From Nocardia sp. NPDC006982 (GTDB taxonomy: Bacteria > Actinomycetota > Actinomycetes > Mycobacteriales > Mycobacteriaceae), in NCBI RefSeq assembly GCF_042869435.1, contig NZ_JBIAFV010000007.1, positions 441,202-505,201 of the forward strand: DNA of 64,000 nucleotides, written 5' to 3'. Below the pieces are notes generated by a model. That model searched no databases and had not been told where the DNA came from. It saw nothing but the letters and a program-made list of their open reading frames with translations. Made by a program: the position numbers and the translations under genes. Position 1 is the first letter of the stretch. Each line of letters begins with the position of its first letter. This document shows, piece by piece, positions 30,301-39,949 of the stretch.

Positions 30301-31376
30301 ACCGCGAATTCCTCACCGAATACGGCACCGAGATGCTGGTGGAGATCGCCCGGTTCTGGGCGAGCATCGCGACCTACGACGCCGGCCGCGACCGTTACCG
30401 CATTCGTGGCGTGATCGGCCCGGACGAATTCCATTCCGGCTATCCGGCAGCTCCGCATGACGGCATCGATGACAATGCCTACACCAATGTCATGGCGGTA
30501 TGGGTAATTCTGCGGGCGCTGGACGCGCTGGAGTTGCTCGTGCCGCGCGATCGCGCCGAACTGATGGAGACCCTCGGCGTCGCACCGTCGGAGCCGGCGC
30601 ACTGGGCCGAGGTCAGCCGCCGGATGTATGTGCCGTTCCACGACGGTGTCATCAGCCAATTCGAAGGCTACGACCAACTGGGCGAACTGGATTGGGACCG
30701 CTACCGGGAGCGCTACGGTGACATCCGGCGGCTGGACCGGATCCTCGAGGCCGAGGGCGACGACGTCAACCGGTACCAGGCCGTGAAGCAGGCCGATGTG
30801 CTGATGCTGTTCTATCTGCTGTCCTCGGACGAGCTCCGGGAACTGCTGCTTCGACTGGGATACGACCTGCCCGGGGAGATGATCCCGCGCACTATCGACT
30901 ATTACCTGGCCCGCACCGCACACGGGTCGACCTTGAGCAGTGTCGTACACACCTGGGTGCTGGCCCGTGCCAACCGTGACCGCGCCATGGAGTTCTTCGT
31001 CAGTGTCCTGGAATCCGATATCGGTGACATCCAGGGCGGAACGACCGCCGAAGGTATCCACCTGGGTGCGATGGCGGGCAGCATCGATCTGGTGCAGCGG
31101 TGTCTGACCGGGCTGGAAATCCGCAGCGGTCGTTTGATATTCACGCCGCATTGGCCGGAATCCCTTGGTTCGCTGGAGTTCCCGATCAGCTACCGCGGTC
31201 ACCGGCTGACCATCCGGATCAGCGGCGACAGCGTGCAAGTGCGGTCCGAGCCAGGTGCGCTGGCGCCGATCGAAGTCGAATGCCGAGGCCATATCGAGCA
31301 GCTCGCGCCCGGAGGGACCTTTCGGGTGGAGCGCAGATCGGCGCGGCCCGTCATCTCCAACAGCGACAGTCGATAG
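27372..31376 (+). CDS. otsB: Trehalose-6-phosphate-phosphatase / HAD / glycoside-hydrolase-family-65 fusion (OtsB1 / Rv2006-like)
   Basis: 1334 aa. N-terminal beta-PGM-type HAD (AVIFDMDGVVTD), central OtsB-type HAD (VLMDFDGTVAEIV), C-terminal GH65 phosphorylase domain. Mtb OtsB1 is 1327 aa. An alternative GTG start at 27399 is possible. Confidence 0.9.
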   Translation: MRASGQPAPVIDVRRHDAVIFDMDGVVTDSASMHAAAWTELFDAFLAELPAGPGQDRSPFTDADYQRYVDGKPRYSGVADFLASRGISLPWGDPSDPESAATICGLGDRKDHLFQDRLARDGVPVFESTVALVRELRDAGIGTAIFSASRHCAEVLEAAGVGDLFAVRVDGIVAEELRLTGKPDPAMLVEAARRLGADPRRTVVVEDAEAGVTAGRRGGFALVIGVDRTGHADQLRSHGADVVVTDLAEVRVRAGFRRMSEVAGALESWPRISALLDTENVAVLMDFDGTVAEIVPDPDNAALVDGAASAITALADECPVAIVSGRDLTDLRKRVGLAGIWYAGSHGFELVAPDGSYHVHDAAPSAEKAIAAAAAELGRRVGDIPGVRVEHKRFAIAMHYRNAAPEVVARAVGAVHAVAQQGGLRVTNGRKVTELRPDVDWDKGRALDWILGHLPGPELPIYLGDDLTDEDGFDAVAAHGIGIVVRHTEDGDRRTAARFAVDGPGRVRDLLDRMAGTLGRESDSEAADAWTLVFDGYDRHTEKLREALCTVGNGYFATRGAAPESRAGEHHYPGTYAAGIYDRRSDKLAGRTVNNESLVNLPNWLPVWFRIDDGEWFDIDTAELLSYRQELDLRQAVLTRRFRFRDTAGRITQVTQRRIAAMHRPHVCALETTIVAENWSGRLQIRSALDGAVRNSLVGRYRALSGDHLTPVRARKLSADSVLLVVATSRSRIPVAMAARSRILRDGEAITGTGQLVDRDGMIGHDFDVQMTAGAAATLEKVVTVFTGRDHASSTPEEEAVRWLSCQPGFADLQYGHAAAWDHLWDRVRLDLQDRENAVRILRVHLLHLLQTLSPNTADLDVGVPARGLHGEAYRGHVFWDELFVFPVLNLRFPALTRSLLRYRYRRLAEARRAAAENGWAGAMFPWQSGSDGREESQQTHLNPRSGRWNPDPSQRARHIGIAIAYNVWHYYQATGDREFLTEYGTEMLVEIARFWASIATYDAGRDRYRIRGVIGPDEFHSGYPAAPHDGIDDNAYTNVMAVWVILRALDALELLVPRDRAELMETLGVAPSEPAHWAEVSRRMYVPFHDGVISQFEGYDQLGELDWDRYRERYGDIRRLDRILEAEGDDVNRYQAVKQADVLMLFYLLSSDELRELLLRLGYDLPGEMIPRTIDYYLARTAHGSTLSSVVHTWVLARANRDRAMEFFVSVLESDIGDIQGGTTAEGIHLGAMAGSIDLVQRCLTGLEIRSGRLIFTPHWPESLGSLEFPISYRGHRLTIRISGDSVQVRSEPGALAPIEVECRGHIEQLAPGGTFRVERRSARPVISNSDSR

Positions 31377-31427
31377 TGCTGGAAACAGAGGGTCGAAGGT
31401 GACTCAGTTTCTCCCCATCAGCGGAAC

Positions 31428-32177
31428 TCATCGCTGTAGGAGGCGTTTCAACGGTTCAGCGAGGTCTATGGGCATGGGGAACACGACGGTTGAGCGGCCG
31501 TCGGGGCCGAGTTCGCCGAGGGCTTGGAGGTAGCGGAGTTGAAGGGCACCGGGCGTGCCCGAGAGGATCTGGGCGCCCTCGCGGGTGTTTTCGGCGGCCT
31601 GGACTTCGCCGCGGGAGTGGATGACGCGGGCACGGCGTTCGCGTTCGGCCTCGGCCTGACGGGCGATGGCGCGCTGCATGGCCTCCAGGATCTCGACCTC
31701 CTTGATTTCGACGAGGCCGACCTTCACCCCCTCGGCTCGGTCTGCGTCGATGATCTTCTGCAGGTTGGTGTTGAGCTGATCGCGTTCGGACAGCAGAGTG
31801 TCGAGGTCCTCGCGGCCGAGGACCGAACGCAGTGTGGTCTGGGCGATCTGGGATGTGGCGACGGCGTGGTTCCCCACCTCCACGACGCTGCGCACCGGGT
31901 CGATCGCCCGGAAGTAGGCGACGGCATTCACCCGGACCGGCACGTTGTCGCGGGTGATCGCTTCCTGCGGCGGGATGGTGAGGGCGACGGTGCGCAGATC
32001 CACGCGCACCATGCGGTCGATGAACGGGATCAGTCCTACCAGACCCGGACCGCGCAGCGGGCACAGGCGGCCGAGCCGAAACATTACGGCGCGTTCGTAT
32101 TCCCGCGGTATCCGGATCGTCGACGCCGTGATGGCGAGCGCGATGGCGGTACCAGCGACGATGACGGCGGTGGTCAC
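31428..32177 (-). CDS. SPFH/band-7 (stomatin-like) membrane protein
   Basis: GTG start with a GAGGAG SD. N-terminal TM helix then an SPFH domain (IRIPREYERAVMFRLGR...PGLVGLIPFIDRMVRVDLR). The upstream part of the ORF is not coding. Confidence 0.7.
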   Translation of the reverse strand: MTTAVIVAGTAIALAITASTIRIPREYERAVMFRLGRLCPLRGPGLVGLIPFIDRMVRVDLRTVALTIPPQEAITRDNVPVRVNAVAYFRAIDPVRSVVEVGNHAVATSQIAQTTLRSVLGREDLDTLLSERDQLNTNLQKIIDADRAEGVKVGLVEIKEVEILEAMQRAIARQAEAERERRARVIHSRGEVQAAENTREGAQILSGTPGALQLRYLQALGELGPDGRSTVVFPMPIDLAEPLKRLLQR

Positions 32178-32732
32178 CAGGAACTCCTCTCGATCGCCCG
32201 CGAATACGCCGGACACCGCGGAAAGACCAACGGCGCCACCGCCACCTACGTCAAGTCCTACCTGCAGGAGGTAGCCGCCGCACTGTCGGTCATGACCGAC
32301 GAACCACATCCACTCGTGCGCGCCCACCAGCCGAGCACACACGCGCCGTCCGCACGCTGACCACCTCGCACAAGGGAACCAGTTCCATGCCCGCGCCACC
32401 ACCGACAGATTGGTCGATGGCGCGGACTCTCGCTGTGGACACCTTTGGTCCACGCCGAACGAACGGCCGAAACACACGAAGGAATGCGCCATGGGTGACC
32501 ACGAGCGGATCAAGCTCGGTTCGCTCCTGTTGCGGATCATCTCGACCACAACGAATCCGGATTCCTCGGGCAAGGGCGAAATTCCTTCCTGTGCCCACCC
32601 GCGGTCGACCTACTCGATAGCTGCGACGAAACCGTCAGCGTTTCCTGGCCGAATACCCGCCGACGGTTCTTCCACTCGGTTAGGAGCATGGTGCAAATTG
32701 CGGCGGCAATCAGTACGGCGGTAGAGAACGGG

Positions 32733-33260
32733 CTATTTGTCCGGCGCCGATGGGGCGGCTGTGCCGACCCGGTCGTGCCAGGCCGCTTTCGCGCCGCTGT
32801 CGCCGATTCGATAGACCTGTACTACCGAGCCGCCCGCCACCACCACAGCAAGCACAGCCAGCACACCAGCAACGACCTTGTTCGCGACTACCGCCTCGGT
32901 TCGTCGGGTCCGCGACCTCATCCAGCCGGTGGCTCGCTCGCTGTGCACTGCCCACCAGACGAGCGACAGCGCAAATACCGCCAGTGACCACAGCAGCATC
33001 TCATCGCCCAAATGAGCATGGATGCGCACCAGCGGATCGCGGCTGGTGTGGTGCTCCAGCCACTCCCCCGAATGGCTGGTCAGCGGCACCGACACCAATG
33101 TGACGAAGGCCGTCAGCGGGGTGAGGATGCCGAGCCGCCGCCGCGCGGAGGGCCACAGCACACACGAAACGACCAGCAGTGCGGTCACCGGCACCATCAC
33201 CACGACGATGTGAACGAGCAGAACGTGGGCGGGTAGCCCGTTGATCGTTGTCGGCCCCAC
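32733..33260 (-). CDS. DUF2231 membrane protein
   Basis: PAHVLLVHIVVVMVP (H-P-x-L-V-H motif) with four TM helices. Confidence 0.6.
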   Translation of the reverse strand: MGPTTINGLPAHVLLVHIVVVMVPVTALLVVSCVLWPSARRRLGILTPLTAFVTLVSVPLTSHSGEWLEHHTSRDPLVRIHAHLGDEMLLWSLAVFALSLVWWAVHSERATGWMRSRTRRTEAVVANKVVAGVLAVLAVVVAGGSVVQVYRIGDSGAKAAWHDRVGTAAPSAPDK

Positions 33261-33349
33261 GGCGACTCAACTCCTCGGTAGTGGCACTCAGTCGAGCGGA
33301 GTGTATGGACCGATTCTTGGAGCATTCTTGGAACAGACACCGCGACATC

Positions 33350-34582
33350 TCAATTCGTCGCGGCCGGAAGATGCAGGGTGAAGGCTGCACCGCGGCCGGG
33401 TGCGCCGTCGACGGAGATGCGCCCATGATGTGCCTCGACGACCTCACGGACCAGCGCCAGACCGATCCCGTGTGGGCGGGCGCCCGCGCTGTGCCCGTCG
33501 CCATGGGCGAACCGCAAGAACAGTCGATCGACATCCTGCGGATCGAGGCCGACACCGGTGTCCGATACCGTGACGTCGATCCGGTCGGCAGCTCGAGCGA
33601 CACGCAATGTGATTGTGCCACCAGGATTTTCATGGCTGAGCGCATTGTCGACCAAGGCGAGGATCGCGCGCCGCAACGCCGGGCGAGTGCCCTCGACGAT
33701 CAGCTCGCCCGTCGGCGGCCCGCTGGTGACCTCGACGGCGATATCGCGGTCCGCGGCGTAGTCGCCGACACTGTCGCGCACCTCGTGACACAGCCGCAGC
33801 AGATCGATGTGCTCAGCGCGACCTGGTTCGTGCTGCGTGGAAGCCGCCAGCAGCAGATCGTCGACGATATCTGCGAGGGCACGGGTATCGGAGACCAGAT
33901 CGCGCAGCTGGGCGGTCAACGTCTCGTCGAACCTGTCGCGCTCGGCACGCCGAGCGAGTAGTTGCGCACGGGTGTGCAGCACGGTCAACGGCGCCCGTAG
34001 TTCGTGGGAGGCGTCCGCGACGAAACGGCGTTGCAGCCCCAATGCGGCAGCCAGCGGGCGGATTGCACGCCGCGAGAGCAGCACGGCGACTCCTGCCGCA
34101 GCGGCCAGACCGGCCGCCTCGGCGGCCAGCAACGCCATCAGCAACCGCAGCCGACCCTCCTGCCAGGGCGTCAGATCTACCAGCACCGCGATTCTGCGAC
34201 CGGAACTGTCGGCCACCAGCGCCCGGTAGTCCACACCGTCAGAACGCAGATTCCGATATCCAGCGGAAGCCGCCACAGCGGGCGCGGTCGGCGTGGGCGC
34301 GTGATCACTCACCATGACCGCACCCTTGCGGTCGCGGATGGCGATGGCCATGCCGGGCGGTGGATCGTCGACGTCATCGACATGCGCGACCACCTGCGCC
34401 AGCTGAGTGTCGATCTGATCTTGCTGAATGTTCACCTCGACGATGTACAGCACCACACCGACCAGCGCCAACACCACGCCGAGCGCCAGCGCGGTCTGCA
34501 CAGCGGCCCTGCGAGTGGTACGGCGCAGCACCGTCGACTCGGTGGGTATCGCGGCGGGTCGGCCCCGGCGGCGGATCCTCAC
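33350..34582 (-). CDS. Sensor histidine kinase (HAMP-HisKA-HATPase)
   Basis: ASHELRAPLTVL H-box and G-boxes (DTGVGL). GTG start overlaps the response-regulator stop (GTGA). Confidence 0.85.
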   Translation of the reverse strand: MRIRRRGRPAAIPTESTVLRRTTRRAAVQTALALGVVLALVGVVLYIVEVNIQQDQIDTQLAQVVAHVDDVDDPPPGMAIAIRDRKGAVMVSDHAPTPTAPAVAASAGYRNLRSDGVDYRALVADSSGRRIAVLVDLTPWQEGRLRLLMALLAAEAAGLAAAAGVAVLLSRRAIRPLAAALGLQRRFVADASHELRAPLTVLHTRAQLLARRAERDRFDETLTAQLRDLVSDTRALADIVDDLLLAASTQHEPGRAEHIDLLRLCHEVRDSVGDYAADRDIAVEVTSGPPTGELIVEGTRPALRRAILALVDNALSHENPGGTITLRVARAADRIDVTVSDTGVGLDPQDVDRLFLRFAHGDGHSAGARPHGIGLALVREVVEAHHGRISVDGAPGRGAAFTLHLPAATN

Positions 34583-35253
34583 CGGGTGCCGAGCCGATAG
34601 CCGACCCCGCGCACGGTGTCGATCACGCCGCGACCGAGTTTGCGGCGCAGGTAATGCACGTAGGTGTCCACCGTCCCGACGGTATCGGCGCGGTCGAAAA
34701 CGAACTCGAGCAGTTGGGACCGGGTGAACACCTGCCGCGGTGACCGGGCCAGGACCGCGAGTAGCGCGCACTCACGCGCGGACAGGACCACTTCGTCGCG
34801 CCCACCCACCACCGAGCGCGCCGAAAGATCCAACGTCCGAGCACCGATCGGCAACGACACCGTCGCCGCCCGGTGGCGACGGTGCAGTGCGCGCACTCGT
34901 GCCAGCAACTCCGGGATTTCGAACGGCTTGACCAAGTAGTCCTCGGCCCCGGCGTCGAGACCCTCGACCCGGTCGGCAAGGGCTCCGCGGGCGGTCAGCA
35001 CCAATGCGGGCGTGACGACGGCGCGGTCCCGCAGCGCCCGCAGTAGGTCCAAACCCTCCACGACGGGCAGCCCTCGGTCGATGATCATCACCTCGAATTG
35101 TTGGGTAAGCCCCCAGTGCAGTCCGCTCTGACCGTCCACGGCGGTCTGCACCCGATAGCCCTCCTCGACGAGCAGCGACGCCACCATCTCGGCCAGTCGG
35201 CGGTCGTCTTCGACCAGCAGCACCCGCGGGGCGGCGGTCTCCGAAGTCGACAT
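34579..35253 (-). CDS. OmpR-family response regulator
   Basis: Internal Met (MSTSETAAPRVLLVEDD). Receiver domain plus winged-helix C-terminus. Confidence 0.9.
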   Translation of the reverse strand: MSTSETAAPRVLLVEDDRRLAEMVASLLVEEGYRVQTAVDGQSGLHWGLTQQFEVMIIDRGLPVVEGLDLLRALRDRAVVTPALVLTARGALADRVEGLDAGAEDYLVKPFEIPELLARVRALHRRHRAATVSLPIGARTLDLSARSVVGGRDEVVLSARECALLAVLARSPRQVFTRSQLLEFVFDRADTVGTVDTYVHYLRRKLGRGVIDTVRGVGYRLGTR

Positions 35254-35938
35254 ACCGACCAGCTTGCCAGCGAATGTCGCCGGTCGTTTGCCTCGCAGTG
35301 ATTGCCCACTGAATTCCCAGAGGCTGGCACCGCGACATCCTCGATAAGCCCGATCAGTGCCTGCGCGCCGAACGCTGTAGGTGTGCGGCTGTATCGGCCA
35401 ATCCCAATAGCGAGCGTTGGTTGCCGCACCGGAGATACAGTGCCCGTCGGCTGCCCAGCACGACACAGCGTGCCCAACGGCAGCGGCCATGTCGTGGCCT
35501 CACAGGGTGCGGACTCGGAACCAGGTTGATCGGCGTGGGCTGCACCGAGCGCTGAACACATCACAGCGATGACGGCTCCGATCAGCGCGATAACCCTGGT
35601 TCTGGCACGGGATTTCGCTGTGGCGCTGATCATTGTCGATGCCCGCTGTCGTCGACAAGAGCGTCGACACCCGCAGGTCGGCGCCCATACCCAGTACGCG
35701 GCGAGAATCACAACTGTCCACCAGAGGCCCACCGCGGTATCCCTTACCGGTGCCGAGATGCCGCGTTCCAGGCTCACCCCGAACGCATCCTCGGTACGGT
35801 CGAGCGACTCCGTGACGCCGAGGCTGTCCGACCCGAGTTCGTGTTCCAACTCGCTGTCGCGCATCGCGTGCGGCGAGGTCCACAGTGCCGCTCGGCTACG
35901 AGATCCCGGAAGCCCGCGGCCGTAGGCATTGGTCGACG

Positions 35939-37780
35939 TCAGTGATAGAGGGCGTCGATGCTGTCGGCGAGGTTCTCGACGACTATCTTGCGGCGCAGTT
36001 TCATACTCGGTGTGAGATCGCCTGCCTCGACCGACAGTTCGTGGTCGATGATGTCGAATTTCTTGATCTGTTCCCAGCGATTGAGTTGGGCGTTCAGGTG
36101 GTCGACGTAGGCGGCGATCACGTCGTGGGTCTTCTCGTGCCGCGCGATTTCGGCGAGCGGTTTGTCTGCCAGACCGTGTTTGCCGGCCCATTCGGTGACG
36201 CTCTGGGCGTCGAGGCCGACCAGTGCGACGCAATAGGGTCGTGTCTCTCCGTAGACGATGAATTCCGATGCGTACGGACATATTCCCTTGAACGTGGCGG
36301 CAATCGCGGAGGGCGCGACGTACTTGCCCTGCGAGGTCTTGAACAAGTCCTTCTTGCGGTCGGTGATGTGCAGGAATCCCTCTGCGTCGATTTCGCCGAT
36401 GTCGCCGGTGCGGAACCAGCCGTCCGCGTCCAGAGCCTCGGCGGTGGCATCGGGGCGGTCGTGATAGCCACTCATCACGCCCGGACTTCTGAGCAGGATT
36501 TCGCCGTCCTCGGCGATCTCGACCTCAGTGCCGGGGAACGGCTTGCCGACGGTTCCGAACCGGTATGCACCGGGGCGGTTGATGAACGAGGCGGCGGCGG
36601 TCTCGGTCAGGCCGTAGCCTTCGAGCACGATGATGCCGATCGCGTCGAACCACTGCGCGACATCGCGGTCTAAAGGGGCCGCTGCCGAAACGAAGTACCG
36701 CAGCCGCCCACCGAAGCGTTCACGGATTTTGGAAAGCACCAGCCTGTCGGCGATTTCGTGCTGCAAGGAAACCAGCAACGACGGTTGCTTGCCGGCCTGC
36801 CTGGCACGCGAAACCTTCAGGCCGACCCCGACCGCCCAGTCGAAAAGCTTCTTCTTGATCCCACCTTCTTCGGCCACCATGCCCTCGATACGGGCATGCG
36901 CCTTTTCGAAGATGCGCGGGGCGGCCGCCACGATGGTGGGGTGCAGTATTGCCATGTTGTCCACGATCTTGTCCACCCGGCCGTCGATCGCCGTGGGAAA
37001 GCCGATCAGCGGTGACAGTGCCAGCATCACCTTGCCGAACGCGTGGGACAGCGGCAGCCACAGAAAGTTCAGGTCGTCTGGGCTGAGAACGTTCAGGGCT
37101 TCGATCGCTGCGGCGCTGTAGGTCCATGCGGAATGCGGCAGCCGAACCCCCTTCGGGGTGCCGGTCGTGCCGGAGGTGTACATGATGCTGCCTAGATGCT
37201 CGGGCCGGATGCCGCGGATGCGCTCGGCGATCGTGTCGGGGGATTCGGCGAGCAGTCCGCGTCCGCGCTCTTCGAGGTCGTCGAGAGCGATCACCCAGTT
37301 CCCGTCGCCCTGGCCGTCGAAGATCACCACCTGCTGCACGTCAGGCAAATCGGCGCGATGCTCGATCAACTTGTCGACCTGGTCCTGATTCTCGGCAACC
37401 ACGATGCGGCTGCCCGAGTTGGCGATGATGAACGCGACGCCGGGGGCGTTGGTGGTGGGGTACACGGTGGTAGTGGCCGCACCGGCGCACATTACGGCGA
37501 AGTCGGCGAGCACCCATTCGTACCGCGTTGACGACACGAGCGCGACCCGGTCTTCGGCCTGGATTCCCAGTGCTATCAGCCCGGCTGCGAGGATGTCGAC
37601 GCGGTCACCGAACTGCTTCCAGGACACGCTGGTCCAGCCCTCGCCGTCAGGGATTCGGAACGCCTCCGCGTCTGGAGTCGCGGCAATGCGGTCGACCAGC
37701 ATCTGGGCAACCGAGGATGCCCGGTGCTCGATCTTGCTGAGATCGGGAGGTTCCTCGGATTCCCGGAGGAACGTCATCAT
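35939..37780 (-). CDS. Long-chain fatty-acid--CoA ligase (FadD, AMP-binding)
   Basis: YTSGTTGTPKGV AMP-binding motif. 613 aa. Confidence 0.9.
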   Translation of the reverse strand: MMTFLRESEEPPDLSKIEHRASSVAQMLVDRIAATPDAEAFRIPDGEGWTSVSWKQFGDRVDILAAGLIALGIQAEDRVALVSSTRYEWVLADFAVMCAGAATTTVYPTTNAPGVAFIIANSGSRIVVAENQDQVDKLIEHRADLPDVQQVVIFDGQGDGNWVIALDDLEERGRGLLAESPDTIAERIRGIRPEHLGSIMYTSGTTGTPKGVRLPHSAWTYSAAAIEALNVLSPDDLNFLWLPLSHAFGKVMLALSPLIGFPTAIDGRVDKIVDNMAILHPTIVAAAPRIFEKAHARIEGMVAEEGGIKKKLFDWAVGVGLKVSRARQAGKQPSLLVSLQHEIADRLVLSKIRERFGGRLRYFVSAAAPLDRDVAQWFDAIGIIVLEGYGLTETAAASFINRPGAYRFGTVGKPFPGTEVEIAEDGEILLRSPGVMSGYHDRPDATAEALDADGWFRTGDIGEIDAEGFLHITDRKKDLFKTSQGKYVAPSAIAATFKGICPYASEFIVYGETRPYCVALVGLDAQSVTEWAGKHGLADKPLAEIARHEKTHDVIAAYVDHLNAQLNRWEQIKKFDIIDHELSVEAGDLTPSMKLRRKIVVENLADSIDALYH

Positions 37781-38434
37781 TTGATCCTACGAACCCACGG
37801 TCGATCGCTGAGGTTTTCGGACGAGAAAGATGGCCGCGAAGACAGCCCCGGCCCGGTCCCTGGAATCAGTCCGGCGAAAGGTTGCGGCTGTCTGTTCATG
37901 AAGTGGTCGGTTGATGAAGCTTCCTGCGTCGATGTCCACGCTCAGGCTGGACTCGTCGCGGGGTCGCCGGCCTGGTTGCGCGCCAGCGTGAACAGCGCCT
38001 CGCCTCCTGCTCGAAGTTCAGGCTGAGGACCGCGCCGAGCCGTAGAGGGTGGCTCGCAGATCGTCGATGTGGTCGGTGGGGTACGTCGTCTACGTGGCGG
38101 TGGATCCGGTCGACGGGGCGTTCGATCTCGGTGGGCGACCGCGATCATCGCCGCCGGCGACGGGCCGAGGCGCACGGCCGAACAGCGCATTCCTGTAGCC
38201 GGTGATTCCTCGCCAGGCACCCGAGGATGGGGACGAAGGGCCTCGCCATAAGAGTCTTCGTGATCGGTTGCCTTCGGCCGGGACCGAGGAGGCTTAGTAG
38301 TACGGATACCGCCGAGCATGCCGCCCTTCCGGCTCGCGAGATCGAACGCAGGCTGCTCGGCATAGAGGTCTGAGAAGAGGCATGACGTACTACGGCGAAG
38401 ACGGCAGCAGGTGATGGGCGCCCGCGAATCCCAC

Positions 38435-39838
38435 ATGTCGCAGTCGGATCTGTTCTCGTGGAACATGGAGCGAGATCCGGCCCTGCGTTCGACCATCGTC
38501 TCGGTTCTGATCCTCGATACCGATCCGGACTGGGATCGTTTGGTGGAGACCATCGATCGCGGCACCCGCCTGGTGCCGAGGTTGCGGCATCGGCTGGTCA
38601 CCGCGCTGTTCGGTCTCGCCCCGCCCAGGTGGGCGCTCGATCAGGGCTTCGACCTGTCCTGGCACTTGCGACGGGCCGCGCTGCCGGAACCGGCGACCAT
38701 GTCCGCGGTACTCGAATTCGCGCGCACCGAGGCGATGACCGCCTTCGATCCGGCTCGTCCACTGTGGCGCTCGACGTTGCTCAGCGGCTTATCAGATGGA
38801 GGGTGTGCACTGGTGATGACAGTGCACCACAGCCTCACCGATGGTATCGGCGGCATTCAGATCGCCACCGCGCTGCTCGATCTCGATCGTGCGGGCACCG
38901 ATCGTGGCCATCCGCCCGAGCCGCCGTACGACCATAACGGCGCGCTGCGCGATATCGTGGCCTGGAACTGGTCGGTCGGCTCGGATCTCCTTCGCGGCAG
39001 TATCCGGGCAACGCCGCACACCGCGTGGCGAGCTGCCACTCATCCCGCGCGGGCGGTACGTGACGGCGCCGCTCTCGCGACCTCGCTGGTCCGCCTGGCC
39101 AAGCCTGTTACCGCGACGCTGTCGCCGGTGATGATCGAACGCAGTCTCGGTCGCCGACTTGCGGTGTTGGATGCACCCGTCGAGCAAATGCGTGGTGCCG
39201 CGCGGGCTGTGGGCTGCACGATGAACGATGCATTCCTGACCGCGGTGGTCATAGGACTACGCAAATATCACGAGCGGCACGGGGCGAAGGTCGACCATTT
39301 GCGGCTGACCATGCCGATCAGTCTTCGGACGGCTGATGATCCGCTCGGCGGCAACCGGATCACGCTCGCTCGTTTCGCGTTGCCGGTCGATCTCGCCGAG
39401 ACCGAAGACTTGATGCGCGCCGTGGACGCCACGGTCGACGGTTGGCGCCGCGAGCCGGCCGTACCGCTGTCCGGTGCTGTCGCTGCGGCGTTCAATCGGT
39501 TGCCGGTCGGCGTGGTCACCGAGATGCTCAAGCATGTCGACTTTGTCGCCTCCAACGTCCCGGGTTCCCGGGTGCCCCTCTTTATGGCCGGGGCGTGCAT
39601 CGATCGTATGTACGCGTTCGGCCCCACCATCGGCACGGCCGTCAACGTGACATTGACCTCGCACACCGGAACCTGCTACGTCGCGATCAACGCGGACACC
39701 GCCGCGATCCCCGACCTCGCGACCCTGACCGAATGCCTCGCCGAAGGCTTCGCTGCCGTGCTCCGCCTCGGCGGCGAGCGTGCACCACAAACCGCCGCCA
39801 ATGCCATCGTCGAAGCATCTCGATCGACATCGGTCTGA
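38435..39838 (+). CDS. Wax-ester synthase / diacylglycerol acyltransferase, second copy
   Basis: HHSLTDGIGG active-site motif. Start taken at MSQSDLF. Confidence 0.85.
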   Translation: MSQSDLFSWNMERDPALRSTIVSVLILDTDPDWDRLVETIDRGTRLVPRLRHRLVTALFGLAPPRWALDQGFDLSWHLRRAALPEPATMSAVLEFARTEAMTAFDPARPLWRSTLLSGLSDGGCALVMTVHHSLTDGIGGIQIATALLDLDRAGTDRGHPPEPPYDHNGALRDIVAWNWSVGSDLLRGSIRATPHTAWRAATHPARAVRDGAALATSLVRLAKPVTATLSPVMIERSLGRRLAVLDAPVEQMRGAARAVGCTMNDAFLTAVVIGLRKYHERHGAKVDHLRLTMPISLRTADDPLGGNRITLARFALPVDLAETEDLMRAVDATVDGWRREPAVPLSGAVAAAFNRLPVGVVTEMLKHVDFVASNVPGSRVPLFMAGACIDRMYAFGPTIGTAVNVTLTSHTGTCYVAINADTAAIPDLATLTECLAEGFAAVLRLGGERAPQTAANAIVEASRSTSV

Positions 39839-39949
39839 TCGGTTCCCGAGGGATCAGACCACGAGGCGTATCGAGCCAGCCGGACGGAATCTCCTGGGTA
39901 CCGACGAAAGACCCTGGCAGATGCGCGAACGGGTCGGCGTGCTGGTCAT

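Noticed and set aside
35088-36281. 397-aa minus-strand ORF spanning the response-regulator start and the upstream gap
   Set aside because: The product is arginine-rich and low-complexity, and the ORF overlaps the well-supported response-regulator gene out of frame. Only its 35633-downstream part was kept, as a low-interest observation.
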